A stretch of DNA of 64,000 nucleotides. Origin: the human T2T-CHM13v2.0 reference genome, Homo sapiens. The notes under the pieces are model-generated. The model ran no database searches, was not told the DNA's origin, and saw nothing but the letters and a program-made list of their open reading frames with translations. How positions within the stretch are numbered: the stretch's first letter is position 1; each line of letters opens with the position of its first letter. Location: NCBI RefSeq assembly GCF_009914755.1, contig NC_060930.1. One strand, written 5' to 3'. Made by a program: the position numbers and the translations under genes. Of the stretch, positions 63,150 to 64,000 are shown one piece after another.

Positions 63150-63440
63150 TATTAAGGTAACCTGTAAAACTAAAAAAGCACTTGTGTCCAGCATATATAA
63201 ACAACTGTAGAAATCAGGCAATTCAATAGAAAAAAAACAGCAAAACATTGAACAGGCATTTCACAGGAGGCTATATTTGGCCCTAAACATGGAAAAAAGT
63301 GCTCAACTTTATTAGTCATCATGGAAATGCAAATTCACACCACAGAGAACTATCACCAAACACCTACCAGAATGAAGATCAATCACTGCACAACTACTAA
63401 AATGAAATGATATTAAAGAATTGGAATTCTCATAGACATG
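63150..63440 (+). mobile_element. Old L1M (ME-like) ORF2 3' fragment
   Basis: 'ttgaacaggcatttcaca...aaaaagtgctcaactttattagtcatcatggaaatgcaaatt...cacctaccagaatg'. Confidence 0.7.
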
Positions 63441-64000
63441 AAAATGATGAAAGAAAAAAAACTGAAAAGGAGCTGGAAGGCATATTTACTTTAACCATAC
63501 CTGGCCAGCCAGGTTTCAGAGGTTCCAAATTAATACCAGCTATATAATAATGGGCTTCTTTATATGGATTTTACATTCTTTAAAAAAAACACACAAACAT
63601 ACAATACACATATATATATATATACAAATACATATATAAATTTATATATATTCAAATATGTATCCAAATATATATTCAGATGTGTATCTATTCCAATGTA
63701 TATGTGTGTACATATTTTGAAATAAATATTTAGTGACATTTATTTTGTTCTTGTCATACCATGGATATGTTTATTCTCAAATGATTTTCTTGTTATCATA
63801 AATCCCAGAGTAGATAATCCTCTCAATATTGCTGAATTTATTTATTAGAGGTTAAAATGTCCCAAATACATAGACTAGAAAGGCCTCATTGTACATCATA
63901 TGCCTGAATAAGACCTGCTCCTTTCTAGAAGTGCTGTAGTTTATATGTTATTCTCAAACACATGGAAACACCACCCTCTTATTTCTTAGGTGGAGAAAAA

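Overview
Human (or very close hominid) genomic DNA covering the 3' end of GRM1 (metabotropic glutamate receptor 1) on the + strand. It contains about 5 kb of the last intron, the terminal exon (acceptor at 4954/4955, mGluR1a C-tail to TAA at 5877-5879, with the Homer motif TPPSPF and the PDZ ligand SSTL), and a ~2.8 kb 3'UTR ending near 8681. The remaining ~55 kb is intergenic and dominated by repeats: a complete two-LTR THE1B element, a complete HERV-H provirus with near-identical LTRs inserted into the 3' end of a ~6 kb old L1, a 5'-inverted L1PA carrying a THE1 solo LTR, an LTR12-family solo LTR, several Alus, MLT/MST/LTR16 LTRs, MER5, MADE1, MIRs and microsatellites. Most short ORFs in the track are repeat-derived or chance. 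I see no clear evidence of a new biological system. The best leads are two candidate cryptic GRM1 exons (one next to a UG repeat), the intact HERV-H aimed antisense at GRM1 with expanded leader repeats, and a dispersed ~205 bp duplication with one copy inside an Alu monomer. Repeat subfamily names come from remembered consensus sequences and need confirming with RepeatMasker/Dfam.
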